From: Bacteroidales bacterium
Lineage (GTDB): Bacteria > Bacteroidota > Bacteroidia > Bacteroidales > UBA10428
Direction of reading: 5' to 3'
NCBI GenBank assembly: GCA_016934055.1
Contig: JAFGTR010000124.1
Coordinates: 2,988-66,987, forward strand
Length of the DNA: 64,000 nucleotides
In this document: in pieces, positions 13,001-20,068 of the stretch
How positions within the stretch are numbered: position 1 is the stretch's first letter
How the letters are laid out: each line of letters opens with the position of its first letter
Notes under the pieces: model-generated
What the model saw: the letters and a program-made list of their open reading frames with translations, nothing else
What the model was told of the DNA's origin: nothing
The model's database searches: none
Translations under genes and position numbers: made by a program

Positions 13001-13289
13001 CATCGGCATTGATGAAACCAATTTTAAGGATCAGACATTTAAGAATCATATGATTCCGTTGCAGGAAGGCGATATTATATATATCTTCTCTGATGGTTTT
13101 GCTGATCAGTTTGGAGGCCCTGAAGGGAAAAAGTTTAAATACCGCAGGTTCAGGCATCTTTTGCTCAACATACATCAACTCCCTATGGATGATCAGCGAA
13201 ATATACTGGAAACAAGTCTTCGTGAATGGAAAGGCGATCTCGAACAGGTTGACGATGTTATGGTGCTGGGGATTAAGATTGATTTATAA
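10005..13289 (+). CDS. periplasmic propeller (Reg_prop repeats + Y_Y_Y-like) sensor fused to a cytoplasmic PP2C/SpoIIE-type serine phosphatase
   Basis: Signal peptide, then at least 9 repeats of the W(I/L)GT..GL..(Y/F) type (LWAGTENGLYRYD, LWIGTHNGLLVFD, LWIGTRNGLNRFD, FWIGTSNGLVYID, LWLGTNNGLVQYN and others). One TM helix (AYTVYFILILAFIIFLF). C-terminal SpoIIE motifs are SGDFYWI, AVDCTGHGVPGAFMS, SDGFADQFGG and DDVMVLGIKI. Confidence 0.85.
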   Translation: MNTIRTKLLLLSLLITRILFSQQYLKPEVLSADKGLLNPAITALITDYRGFLWAGTENGLYRYDGYHFKWIGQTPGKAGIIGSKTIIEIEQDKDHNLWFITDKGLEFYDHKTGIITVYSHQLIHKENIPAEAFLDLYVAPEQTIWTITESRLLKMISGNVVSSFPLPQEENNPPTCIAGDKNGNLWIGTHNGLLVFDMNSEKFTELFSAEKDFSSLLTNSHVTCIYIDSRTDLWIGTRNGLNRFDPVDVSFGKYYPVSFPRAHPGNDIRSIREDTKSSLVIITGDGLFSYNHHNGNFHRPEIQLPDPSYRSQLTSVLIDRQGIFWIGTHRGIIKVRKAPLKIENITPDNKASLKLPESNITAVAEDARGMIWLGYQHSGVSIADRNLMRMVSYSANGYSNLSGNAVRSFYTDRKSRFYVISAHAIDKFNFSNSRFETILANFPLSDKKIFDNLEIQAMTEDSLNNFWIGTSNGLVYIDFVNRVFKKINRLQSEYDSLILSVIYDLKTDNYNNLWLGTNNGLVQYNIAQKQFSRFTPYDKELLNTGHKNIYVIEKGVKDIYWIGTSEGCYQFDIRQKTFSSVSSNPDLLSSEIVSITVDPYENLWIATRHDIFYYCTSTQSLRHFDYLDGLNNFGFNINASSGKNGRNVYFGGSNGLTIIQNDSLYVTDISPPTTISGITLLHKGKVFREFIEIPDTISIPRGNYAIHIKFTMPDFNRPEQNQYRYSIAQQGKPSEMIDLYTSNSVILGGLSQGNYYFNVTGSTGNGEWNSKPAFLIITVEVPFWQSKPAYTVYFILILAFIIFLFRYWARQLIKANQQYKEREKIARQIMLQKEELTLKNKSITDSINYARRIQNAMLPPIKMFKSYFPQSFLFYMPKDIVSGDFYWINKLYSKIFISAVDCTGHGVPGAFMSIIGFELFRKITNIEGLSRPSDILNKLNEDFHEIFKDVDNVVLRDGMDVAFCAIDINDMILEFSGAFNPLYLIRDNKITEIKGDRFAIGIDETNFKDQTFKNHMIPLQEGDIIYIFSDGFADQFGGPEGKKFKYRRFRHLLLNIHQLPMDDQRNILETSLREWKGDLEQVDDVMVLGIKIDL

Positions 13290-13400
13290 GAGAAGTTAGT
13301 CGTTAGAAGTTAGTTAATGGTAATGGTTAATTGGTTATCAATTCAGTCTTTGATCTTTGTTCTTTTGTCTTTGGTCTTGATTCTTGGCTCTTGGTTCCAG

Positions 13401-15152
13401 CTAATCATTCACCTCCAACAGGTTCTTCATCTTCTGTACCAGGATATCTACATGAAAAGGTTTGCTGATATAATCATTCATACCAGCAGCCAGGCAGGTT
13501 TCCTTATCCCCTGACAAGGCATTGGCTGTTATGGCAATGATGGGTGTATGCGCATTGGTGGCTGACTCAAGTTCCCTGATCTTTTTGGTGGCAATGATCC
13601 CATTCATCACAGGCATCTGAATATCCATCAGAATAAGATCGTACTTGCTGGTTCCAAATTTATCCAGAGCCTCCTTACCATGATGTGCTATATCAATATT
13701 CTTTACAGCATTCTTCAGGCTCAGTATAATAATTTTCTGATTGATCGCATTATCTTCAACCAGCAATATACTGGCATTCTGAAGATCAATTTTGCGTTTC
13801 CCGGGCAACAGTTTATTGCTTTCCTTTTCTGCTTCAGGTTTACGCAAAGCCGATCTTGCATCTTTTTTTAATTCAATTGAAAACCTCAACAGGGTTTTGT
13901 TTTCTTCACTGATGATATCCAGGTCGCCTTTATAATATTGAATAATTTTTCTGGCGATGGTAAAATCGAGAAAAAATTCATCCAGCTTATCAGCACCCAA
14001 TGCAATGGAATCCGGATCGGGCTTACCGTAAAAGTTACCAAATTCATCACGGTCAATCTGAAGGGAAGGACAATTTATTGCAAATTCCAGTTCAGAGACA
14101 AATTCATTTTCTCTTATCTGGTCAACTTCAATGATAATCTCAAGATTCTCCCTTGTTTCTGATTTTATGATGTTCTCAATTATATTCAGAAAGATTTGCT
14201 TAATCCTGATAGGATCACCGATAAAATAACTTCTTATATTCTTTGAAATAATCAGATCAATGTTGAGTCTTTCCTTGTGCTGATCGCGAAATAGTTTAAG
14301 CGTATTATTAATGGTTGAAAACAGATCAAAACTGACCTGTGCACTCAGTTCTTTTTCGATTTTTACCTCTGAAACTTTTACAATGTTGTTAACAACGTTT
14401 ATCAGGTTATTGGTTGACGCAATAATGGTCTCGAACATATCCCGTTGTTCAGAATCCAGTTTTGATTTATTGATAAGGTTAGAAACAACAGTAAGATTAT
14501 TCAGAGGTGTTCTGATCTGGTGAGAGAGTTTTGAAATAAAATCATCCTTCTGCCGGCTGTCATTACGACTTTCCAGTATGGACTTCTCAAGACGTTGCCG
14601 GCTGTAACCACTGATATACTCATACAAATAAACAAGCAGAAAGACAATAAGACATACACCGATAAGGCCAATGGTAAAATCAAGGCCATAAGAAGGAATA
14701 CGATCGTAATAATTATGTATAACGATAACAGCGACAACCAATATAATGTAAAGAAATGTCGCAAGTTGTCCCCTTAAAAGACCGTATATCGGAATAATGA
14801 TGACAGGAAACAAGGCAACCAAAAACATTTCAAGCGCATTATTCCGCCCGATATACAATATAAAAAGAGAAACCAAACCGATCATTCCTGTAATCAGTAT
14901 ACCGCAAAGCCGATACCTGCGTGTAAAAGAAAGCAGCAACATGTTGGCAAAGGAAAGCAAAGATGCCGTCAATAATACCAACGAGAGCAAAGATGTCTCC
15001 TTATAAAAAAGAATGGCGCCATAAGCAAGAAACGCAATAAAACTGATCAGGCTCAAACCGTGTACAATAATTGTTTTGTTAATTATCTGTAAGTCAGCCT
15101 GTTGTTCAAGTCTGCCTGATAACCGGTTTAAAAACTTTGATAATAATTCCAT
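13401..15152 (-). CDS. membrane-bound hybrid histidine kinase/response regulator with a degenerate ATP-binding domain
   Basis: About six N-terminal TM helices. H-box FISKLSHQIRTPLNNL. C-terminal receiver with LLVEDNAINQ, DLILMDIQMPVMNG and DYISKPF. The expected DxGxG and GxGLGL boxes are not recognisable. Confidence 0.8.
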   Translation of the reverse strand: MELLSKFLNRLSGRLEQQADLQIINKTIIVHGLSLISFIAFLAYGAILFYKETSLLSLVLLTASLLSFANMLLLSFTRRYRLCGILITGMIGLVSLFILYIGRNNALEMFLVALFPVIIIPIYGLLRGQLATFLYIILVVAVIVIHNYYDRIPSYGLDFTIGLIGVCLIVFLLVYLYEYISGYSRQRLEKSILESRNDSRQKDDFISKLSHQIRTPLNNLTVVSNLINKSKLDSEQRDMFETIIASTNNLINVVNNIVKVSEVKIEKELSAQVSFDLFSTINNTLKLFRDQHKERLNIDLIISKNIRSYFIGDPIRIKQIFLNIIENIIKSETRENLEIIIEVDQIRENEFVSELEFAINCPSLQIDRDEFGNFYGKPDPDSIALGADKLDEFFLDFTIARKIIQYYKGDLDIISEENKTLLRFSIELKKDARSALRKPEAEKESNKLLPGKRKIDLQNASILLVEDNAINQKIIILSLKNAVKNIDIAHHGKEALDKFGTSKYDLILMDIQMPVMNGIIATKKIRELESATNAHTPIIAITANALSGDKETCLAAGMNDYISKPFHVDILVQKMKNLLEVND

Positions 15153-15268
15153 TGGTGTGTAAAATGCAAATTGTCAGGCTAAAGATTTATAAATATAATA
15201 AATATTGTTATTCGATCAGAAACGGACAAAAACAATATTGTAAAAAAATGACGTCTGCATAATAAATA

Positions 15269-16003
15269 ATGGATAAATTTGTTCATATTAAAGTTAGATT
15301 CGCAATCATGAATAAGGCGATTAATATAGTGTTGTGGGCTTTAATCATTTCTGTTTTTTCACTGCAGGCTCAACAGGAAAATGAAAATCTGGTAAAATAT
15401 ACCGCCGATTTTAATTTCAGGGAAGGTGTGTTCATAAATTTTGAACAGGTGAGACAAAACAATCCCATTCCAAAATCGAGCATTGTTACTTCGATTGCAT
15501 ACGATGACCCGGATTTCTTTGACAGAATCCTCGAAAACAAAAAGATATTTTACTTCAATGATCTGGGCATTAAAGAAGAAATTGCCGTTAAAAATATCTG
15601 GGGTTATTCAAGAAACGGTGTATTATATATCAGTTTGAATGATGGATATCACCGTATCACCATTGTTGGCAGCATATGTCATTTTGTTGCCAACCTTACA
15701 ACCTATTCTCCCGGTTATACGAGTCCTTATTATTATCCTTATTACGGTTACAATAATTTTTATAATCCTTACGGACTGACACCTGGATCATATGCATCAA
15801 CTGAAATGCGGCAGTATATCATGGATTTCAAAACGGGGCGTATCCTTGAATACAGTGTTGAAAGTGTAGAAGTATTGTTAATGGCCGATCCTGAACTGCA
15901 TGATGAATTTACAGGTTTGAGAAAGAAAAAAAAGAAACAACTCAAGTTCTTATACATCAGAAAATTCAATGAGAGAAATCCGTTATACTTTCCAATTAAT
16001 TAA
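15269..16003 (+). CDS. hypothetical secreted protein with a Tyr/Pro-rich segment
   Basis: 244-aa ORF. The alternative ATG at 15308 gives a cleaner signal peptide, MNKAINIVLWALIISVFSLQAQQ. Low-complexity segment YSPGYTSPYYYPYYGYNNFYNPYG. I recognise no family. Confidence 0.6.
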   Translation: MDKFVHIKVRFAIMNKAINIVLWALIISVFSLQAQQENENLVKYTADFNFREGVFINFEQVRQNNPIPKSSIVTSIAYDDPDFFDRILENKKIFYFNDLGIKEEIAVKNIWGYSRNGVLYISLNDGYHRITIVGSICHFVANLTTYSPGYTSPYYYPYYGYNNFYNPYGLTPGSYASTEMRQYIMDFKTGRILEYSVESVEVLLMADPELHDEFTGLRKKKKKQLKFLYIRKFNERNPLYFPIN

Positions 16004-16015
16004 TATTTATACATC

Positions 16016-16864
16016 ATGAAGAAGATTTTTGCCGGTCTTGTCATTCTGCTTCTTGGCGGAAAAGTATTCTCCCAGAGCTATGTGCCTTCACGAGAGGATA
16101 TTAATGCTTTTTATACAACCAAAACCCTGGTTGTACTCGAAGATAATCCACTACTTGAATACAATTACATCATCAAAGAGATTATGAAACAGGAGTGGAC
16201 TATTACTGAATATGACTTTATTTCTTCTGCCGAGTTCGAAGAAAAAAGAAAAGATCCTCAGTATTCATTCATATACCAGGCTCAGGTTACTTTTGAAAAT
16301 GATAATACGGATGCAGCGTATCGTTTTCTGCATCTCTCTTTGGGAGGCGACTATTTCAGGATGAACGAAATGCCGGATATTGTGGCTGTGCCCTTATCTT
16401 ATTACAGTGTTGAAGAAGATAATTATGCTTACAAGCTGGCTGTTTTGCTTAGATTCATGCAGAATCATGCTTTGCTTATCAGGGATAATCCTGAGATTTT
16501 ATCAGCCAATGTATTTAAACATTACAATGATAATATTAAAGACATACAGGATAAAACACTTTATATTCTTGAAAATGAACTCTCAAAGGATGTTAACTCA
16601 GCAGCCCGGATAAAAAAGGTATACCCTTACAAGTTCAGAATTGCCACAAAAGAAGAAATCGAAGAAGCTATTGAAGAAAGAAATCCCGATGTTGTGTTCC
16701 TGCATAAAGTAGGGCCTGAAGGCACCAAACTCGATGCGCGTTGTTATAAGGTCATTATAGGCGCAGCTGATGCGAATTTCTATTATTTTGATTACCATAA
16801 GATCAGTGATAAAAATCCGGATGGATTCCTTGAGAAGGATTTCAAAAGTCTGGTGAAAAAATAA
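16016..16864 (+). CDS. hypothetical secreted protein
   Basis: 282-aa ORF with signal peptide MKKIFAGLVILLLGGKVFSQ, 12 nt after the previous gene. No recognised motif. Confidence 0.6.
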   Translation: MKKIFAGLVILLLGGKVFSQSYVPSREDINAFYTTKTLVVLEDNPLLEYNYIIKEIMKQEWTITEYDFISSAEFEEKRKDPQYSFIYQAQVTFENDNTDAAYRFLHLSLGGDYFRMNEMPDIVAVPLSYYSVEEDNYAYKLAVLLRFMQNHALLIRDNPEILSANVFKHYNDNIKDIQDKTLYILENELSKDVNSAARIKKVYPYKFRIATKEEIEEAIEERNPDVVFLHKVGPEGTKLDARCYKVIIGAADANFYYFDYHKISDKNPDGFLEKDFKSLVKK

Positions 16865-17087
16865 ACCTTCAACAGTATTATAAAAATAAAGACTCTGCTG
16901 CAGGAGGCAGATAACCGCATTAAAACAATAGGCTTTCCGGCCCCTTCCTATGCAGGTCAGCCGGGGATATCATGATTATTCGGTTGTCATGTTGAAATAT
17001 TTTGATATTTGTAATAGCATAAAACAATAAGATTTATTAATTTCAAAATCAAATTTTTAACCGGTTTTCCTGAACATTGATTTTCAT

Positions 17088-17834
17088 ATGAAGACAATAA
17101 TACCCTTGTTGCTTATATTCTATTTTATATGGGCGCCCTGTTTCTCTCAGGATAATCCCAGAATTTCGGGGCTGTTGGGAGAGGCAGATTTGTTAATTGC
17201 TGAAAATCAACTTACTGAAGCTTTGGCAAAAACCGAAGAAGCTCTTTCTATTTCCGGCAGCAATAAAAAGGCACAACAATACCGGATCAATATTTATTAC
17301 CTTATGCAGAACAATAAAGAAGCTTTACGATATGCCGATGAAGCTTTAAAAAAAGATTCCAGAAATCCCGATTTCTTGTATCTCAGAGGTATTATTAATA
17401 ATTCTCTCGGAAAATATAATAAAGCACTGGATGATTTTACCGATGCTTTTAAATCAGCCAGTAATGATGATTACTACAAGCTTTTTCTTAACCGGGGTGT
17501 TGCATATTTCAACCTTTTTGAATACGATGCTGCCCTGGAGGATTTTAACCAGTCAATTGAGCTCAACGATACGGTGGCAAGTGCTTATCATAGCAGGGCC
17601 ATGCTGAATTATGAGATGAAGGATTATGCAGCTGCTGTTGATGATTTTAATAAAGTGCTGAAGCTGGGCCAGGAAAATGCTGCAATTTACTTTAACCTCG
17701 GTATGTCATATTTCCGGCTCGAGGAAAAAGAAAAAGCCTGTCCCATGTTACAGAAATCCTGTACCATGGGCAACAAGAATGCCTGCCGTATGTCACTGAT
17801 GGAATGTGTAAAGACTATACCACAGATCCCCTGA
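17088..17834 (+). CDS. secreted tetratricopeptide-repeat protein with a Cys-rich C-terminus
   Basis: Signal peptide MKTIIPLLLIFYFIWAPCFSQ. Repeated A..(Y/F)...A..D(F/L)..A(L/I) 34-residue units. C-terminal KACPMLQKSCTMGNKNACRMSLMEC. Confidence 0.75.
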   Translation: MKTIIPLLLIFYFIWAPCFSQDNPRISGLLGEADLLIAENQLTEALAKTEEALSISGSNKKAQQYRINIYYLMQNNKEALRYADEALKKDSRNPDFLYLRGIINNSLGKYNKALDDFTDAFKSASNDDYYKLFLNRGVAYFNLFEYDAALEDFNQSIELNDTVASAYHSRAMLNYEMKDYAAAVDDFNKVLKLGQENAAIYFNLGMSYFRLEEKEKACPMLQKSCTMGNKNACRMSLMECVKTIPQIP

Positions 17835-17898
17835 CGGTTTATTTACAATACTTTTACACAGAAAAAACCTACCTTTGTGCGTTGTGAAAAACACATCC

Positions 17899-19902
17899 AT
17901 GATAGACCTTTCCGTTATCATTGTAAACTATAATGTCAGATTTTTTCTCGAACAATGTCTGCATTCAGTTTACAAATCAATACATAACATTAACGCCGAG
18001 GTGATTGTTGTGGATAACAATTCGGTGGACAGATCATGTCAGATGATCAGGGAAAAATTCCCCGATGTTATCCTGATAGAGAACAAGGTAAATGCAGGAT
18101 TTTCAAGAGCAAACAACCAGGCTATCCGAAAGGCCCGCGGCCGGTATGTCCTGCTTCTCAACCCCGACACTGTTGTTCAGGAAGATACTTTTTCAGCCTG
18201 CATTCAATTCATGGACAGCCATCCTGATGCAGGATGTCTGGGCGTAAAAATGATTGACGGGAAAGGCAATTTTCTGCCTGAATCAAAGCGCGGTTTACCG
18301 ACACCTCAGGTTGCTTTTTACAAGATATTCGGACTGTCAGCCCTGTTTCCGAATTCACCAAAATTCGGCCGGTATCATCTGGGATTTCTTGACAAAGATA
18401 AAATACACCAGGTTGATGTAATTTCAGGTGCTTTCATGTTTTTGAGGAAGAGTGTTCTTGATCGTACAGGGCTTCTTGACGAAGACTTTTTCATGTATGG
18501 TGAAGATATTGATATTTCATACCGAATCACACAGGCCGGTTTTAAGAATTACTATTTCCCTGAAACCACCATCATTCATTATAAGGGCGAAAGCACGAAG
18601 AAAAGCAGTATCAATTATGTTATTGTCTTTTATAATGCCATGGCCATTTTTGCCCAGAAGCATTTTTCGAAAAACATGGCACAAACATATAATTTCCTGA
18701 TTCATCTGGCCATTTATTTCAGAGCTGCTTTTTCTATTTTGCGCAGGTTTTTTCTGACTATAATTAATCCGGTTCTCAATGCCGCCGCCATCTATGCAGG
18801 ATACAAATTTTTTCTGCCCGTTTGGGAATCTTCAGTCTTCGGCAAGGAAGGTTATTATCCCGATACTTTTATTCATATTGTTGTTCCTGTTTATATTCTC
18901 ATCTGGTTATTGTCAGTTTATTTTTCCGGCGGATATGAAAAAATGGTCAGGGGCATGGATTTAATAAAGGGAATACTTCTGGGAACATTGGCTATCCTTA
19001 TAATCTATGCTTTATTGCCTGAGAGTTTCAGATTTTCAAGGGCCCTGATCATCATGGGTACTGTATGGGTCATTTTTTCTGCAGTTGGTATTCGTTTTCT
19101 TTTAAGCCTTGCAGATAAATCGAATTTCAAATTCGGTTTTTTCAGGAGCAAAAAACACATTATAATTATTGGCACTGAAGAAGAAGGCGAAAGAGTATAT
19201 TCCATTTTAAGGCAAACCCGGATTAAACCAGAGCTGATCGGATATGTCAGCCCGGATGAATCCTGCAACAACCTGAATTTTCTTGGTTCCGTGAGTATGA
19301 TTGAAGAAATCGTGAAAATCCATAAAGTTGATGAGTTGATATTCTGTGCCAAAGATATGACTTCCCGCAATATCATAAGCACCATGCTTAAGTTTACTAA
19401 TGCTGAACTTGATTTTAAAATTGCCCCGCCTGAAAGTCTTTCTGTTATTGGCAGTAACTCTATTAATACTGCAGGTGATCTGTACGTGGTTCATTTTAAC
19501 ACTTTATCAATGAATCTGAACCGAAGGAAAAAAAGGATACTGGATTTTTTGCTGTCAATTCTTTTCCTGGCTGTTTCGCCATTAACAGCCTTTTTTGTAA
19601 TTCATCCCGGTCGCTTTATTAAAAACATCTTTACAGTTTTGTTCGGTATTCATTCCTGGGTAGGATATCACCCTGTATCCGAAGCAACCATTTCATTACT
19701 GCCCCGGCTGAGACCCGGCATATTAACACCTGTCTGCCAACTGGAAAGCACAAATCAGGACCGGAAAACTGTTGAAAAAATTAATATGCTTTATGCCAAA
19801 GATTATTCCATCTGGAATGATCTTATCATCATATGGAAAGGTCTCCGTCAGCTTGGCTCCGGGCCGAATAACATCATCTATAGTTCGCATAACGCTGATT
19901 GA
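17899..19902 (+). CDS. family 2 glycosyltransferase fused to a multi-TM region, a Rossmann-like linker and a truncated sugar-transferase (Bac_transf-like) C-terminus
   Basis: The track ORF starts at TTG 17875. The ATG at 17899 gives MIDLSVIIVNYN, a GT2 start, followed by VVDNNSVD, NAGFSRANN, NPDT and YGEDIDISYR. Then several TM helices and HIIIIGTEEEGERVY. KRILDFLLSILFLAVSPL and YAKDYSIWNDLIIIWKGL resemble the two ends of a phosphoglycosyl-transferase domain. Confidence 0.75.
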   Translation: MIDLSVIIVNYNVRFFLEQCLHSVYKSIHNINAEVIVVDNNSVDRSCQMIREKFPDVILIENKVNAGFSRANNQAIRKARGRYVLLLNPDTVVQEDTFSACIQFMDSHPDAGCLGVKMIDGKGNFLPESKRGLPTPQVAFYKIFGLSALFPNSPKFGRYHLGFLDKDKIHQVDVISGAFMFLRKSVLDRTGLLDEDFFMYGEDIDISYRITQAGFKNYYFPETTIIHYKGESTKKSSINYVIVFYNAMAIFAQKHFSKNMAQTYNFLIHLAIYFRAAFSILRRFFLTIINPVLNAAAIYAGYKFFLPVWESSVFGKEGYYPDTFIHIVVPVYILIWLLSVYFSGGYEKMVRGMDLIKGILLGTLAILIIYALLPESFRFSRALIIMGTVWVIFSAVGIRFLLSLADKSNFKFGFFRSKKHIIIIGTEEEGERVYSILRQTRIKPELIGYVSPDESCNNLNFLGSVSMIEEIVKIHKVDELIFCAKDMTSRNIISTMLKFTNAELDFKIAPPESLSVIGSNSINTAGDLYVVHFNTLSMNLNRRKKRILDFLLSILFLAVSPLTAFFVIHPGRFIKNIFTVLFGIHSWVGYHPVSEATISLLPRLRPGILTPVCQLESTNQDRKTVEKINMLYAKDYSIWNDLIIIWKGLRQLGSGPNNIIYSSHNAD

Positions 19903-20068
19903 TTTGAAATAACCGCCATCACGGGGAAAACTTCCACAATCCTCCTTTTCAATATTGAAATGAATTCTTCTGTCTGATAAAAAGTTGATAAATAGCCATG
20001 TTTAACTTACCGGCAGGTATAGATAAATTGTTTAATTTTTTTAAATTTGTTCAGCAACAATACTATCT

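Noticed and set aside
13317-13514. 65-aa plus-strand ORF (MVMVNWLSIQSLIFVLLSLVLILGSW...) that looks like a small membrane protein.
   Set aside because: It is a translation of the simple-sequence spacer and runs into the 3' end of the hybrid kinase on the opposite strand. The hydrophobicity stems from the T-rich repeat.
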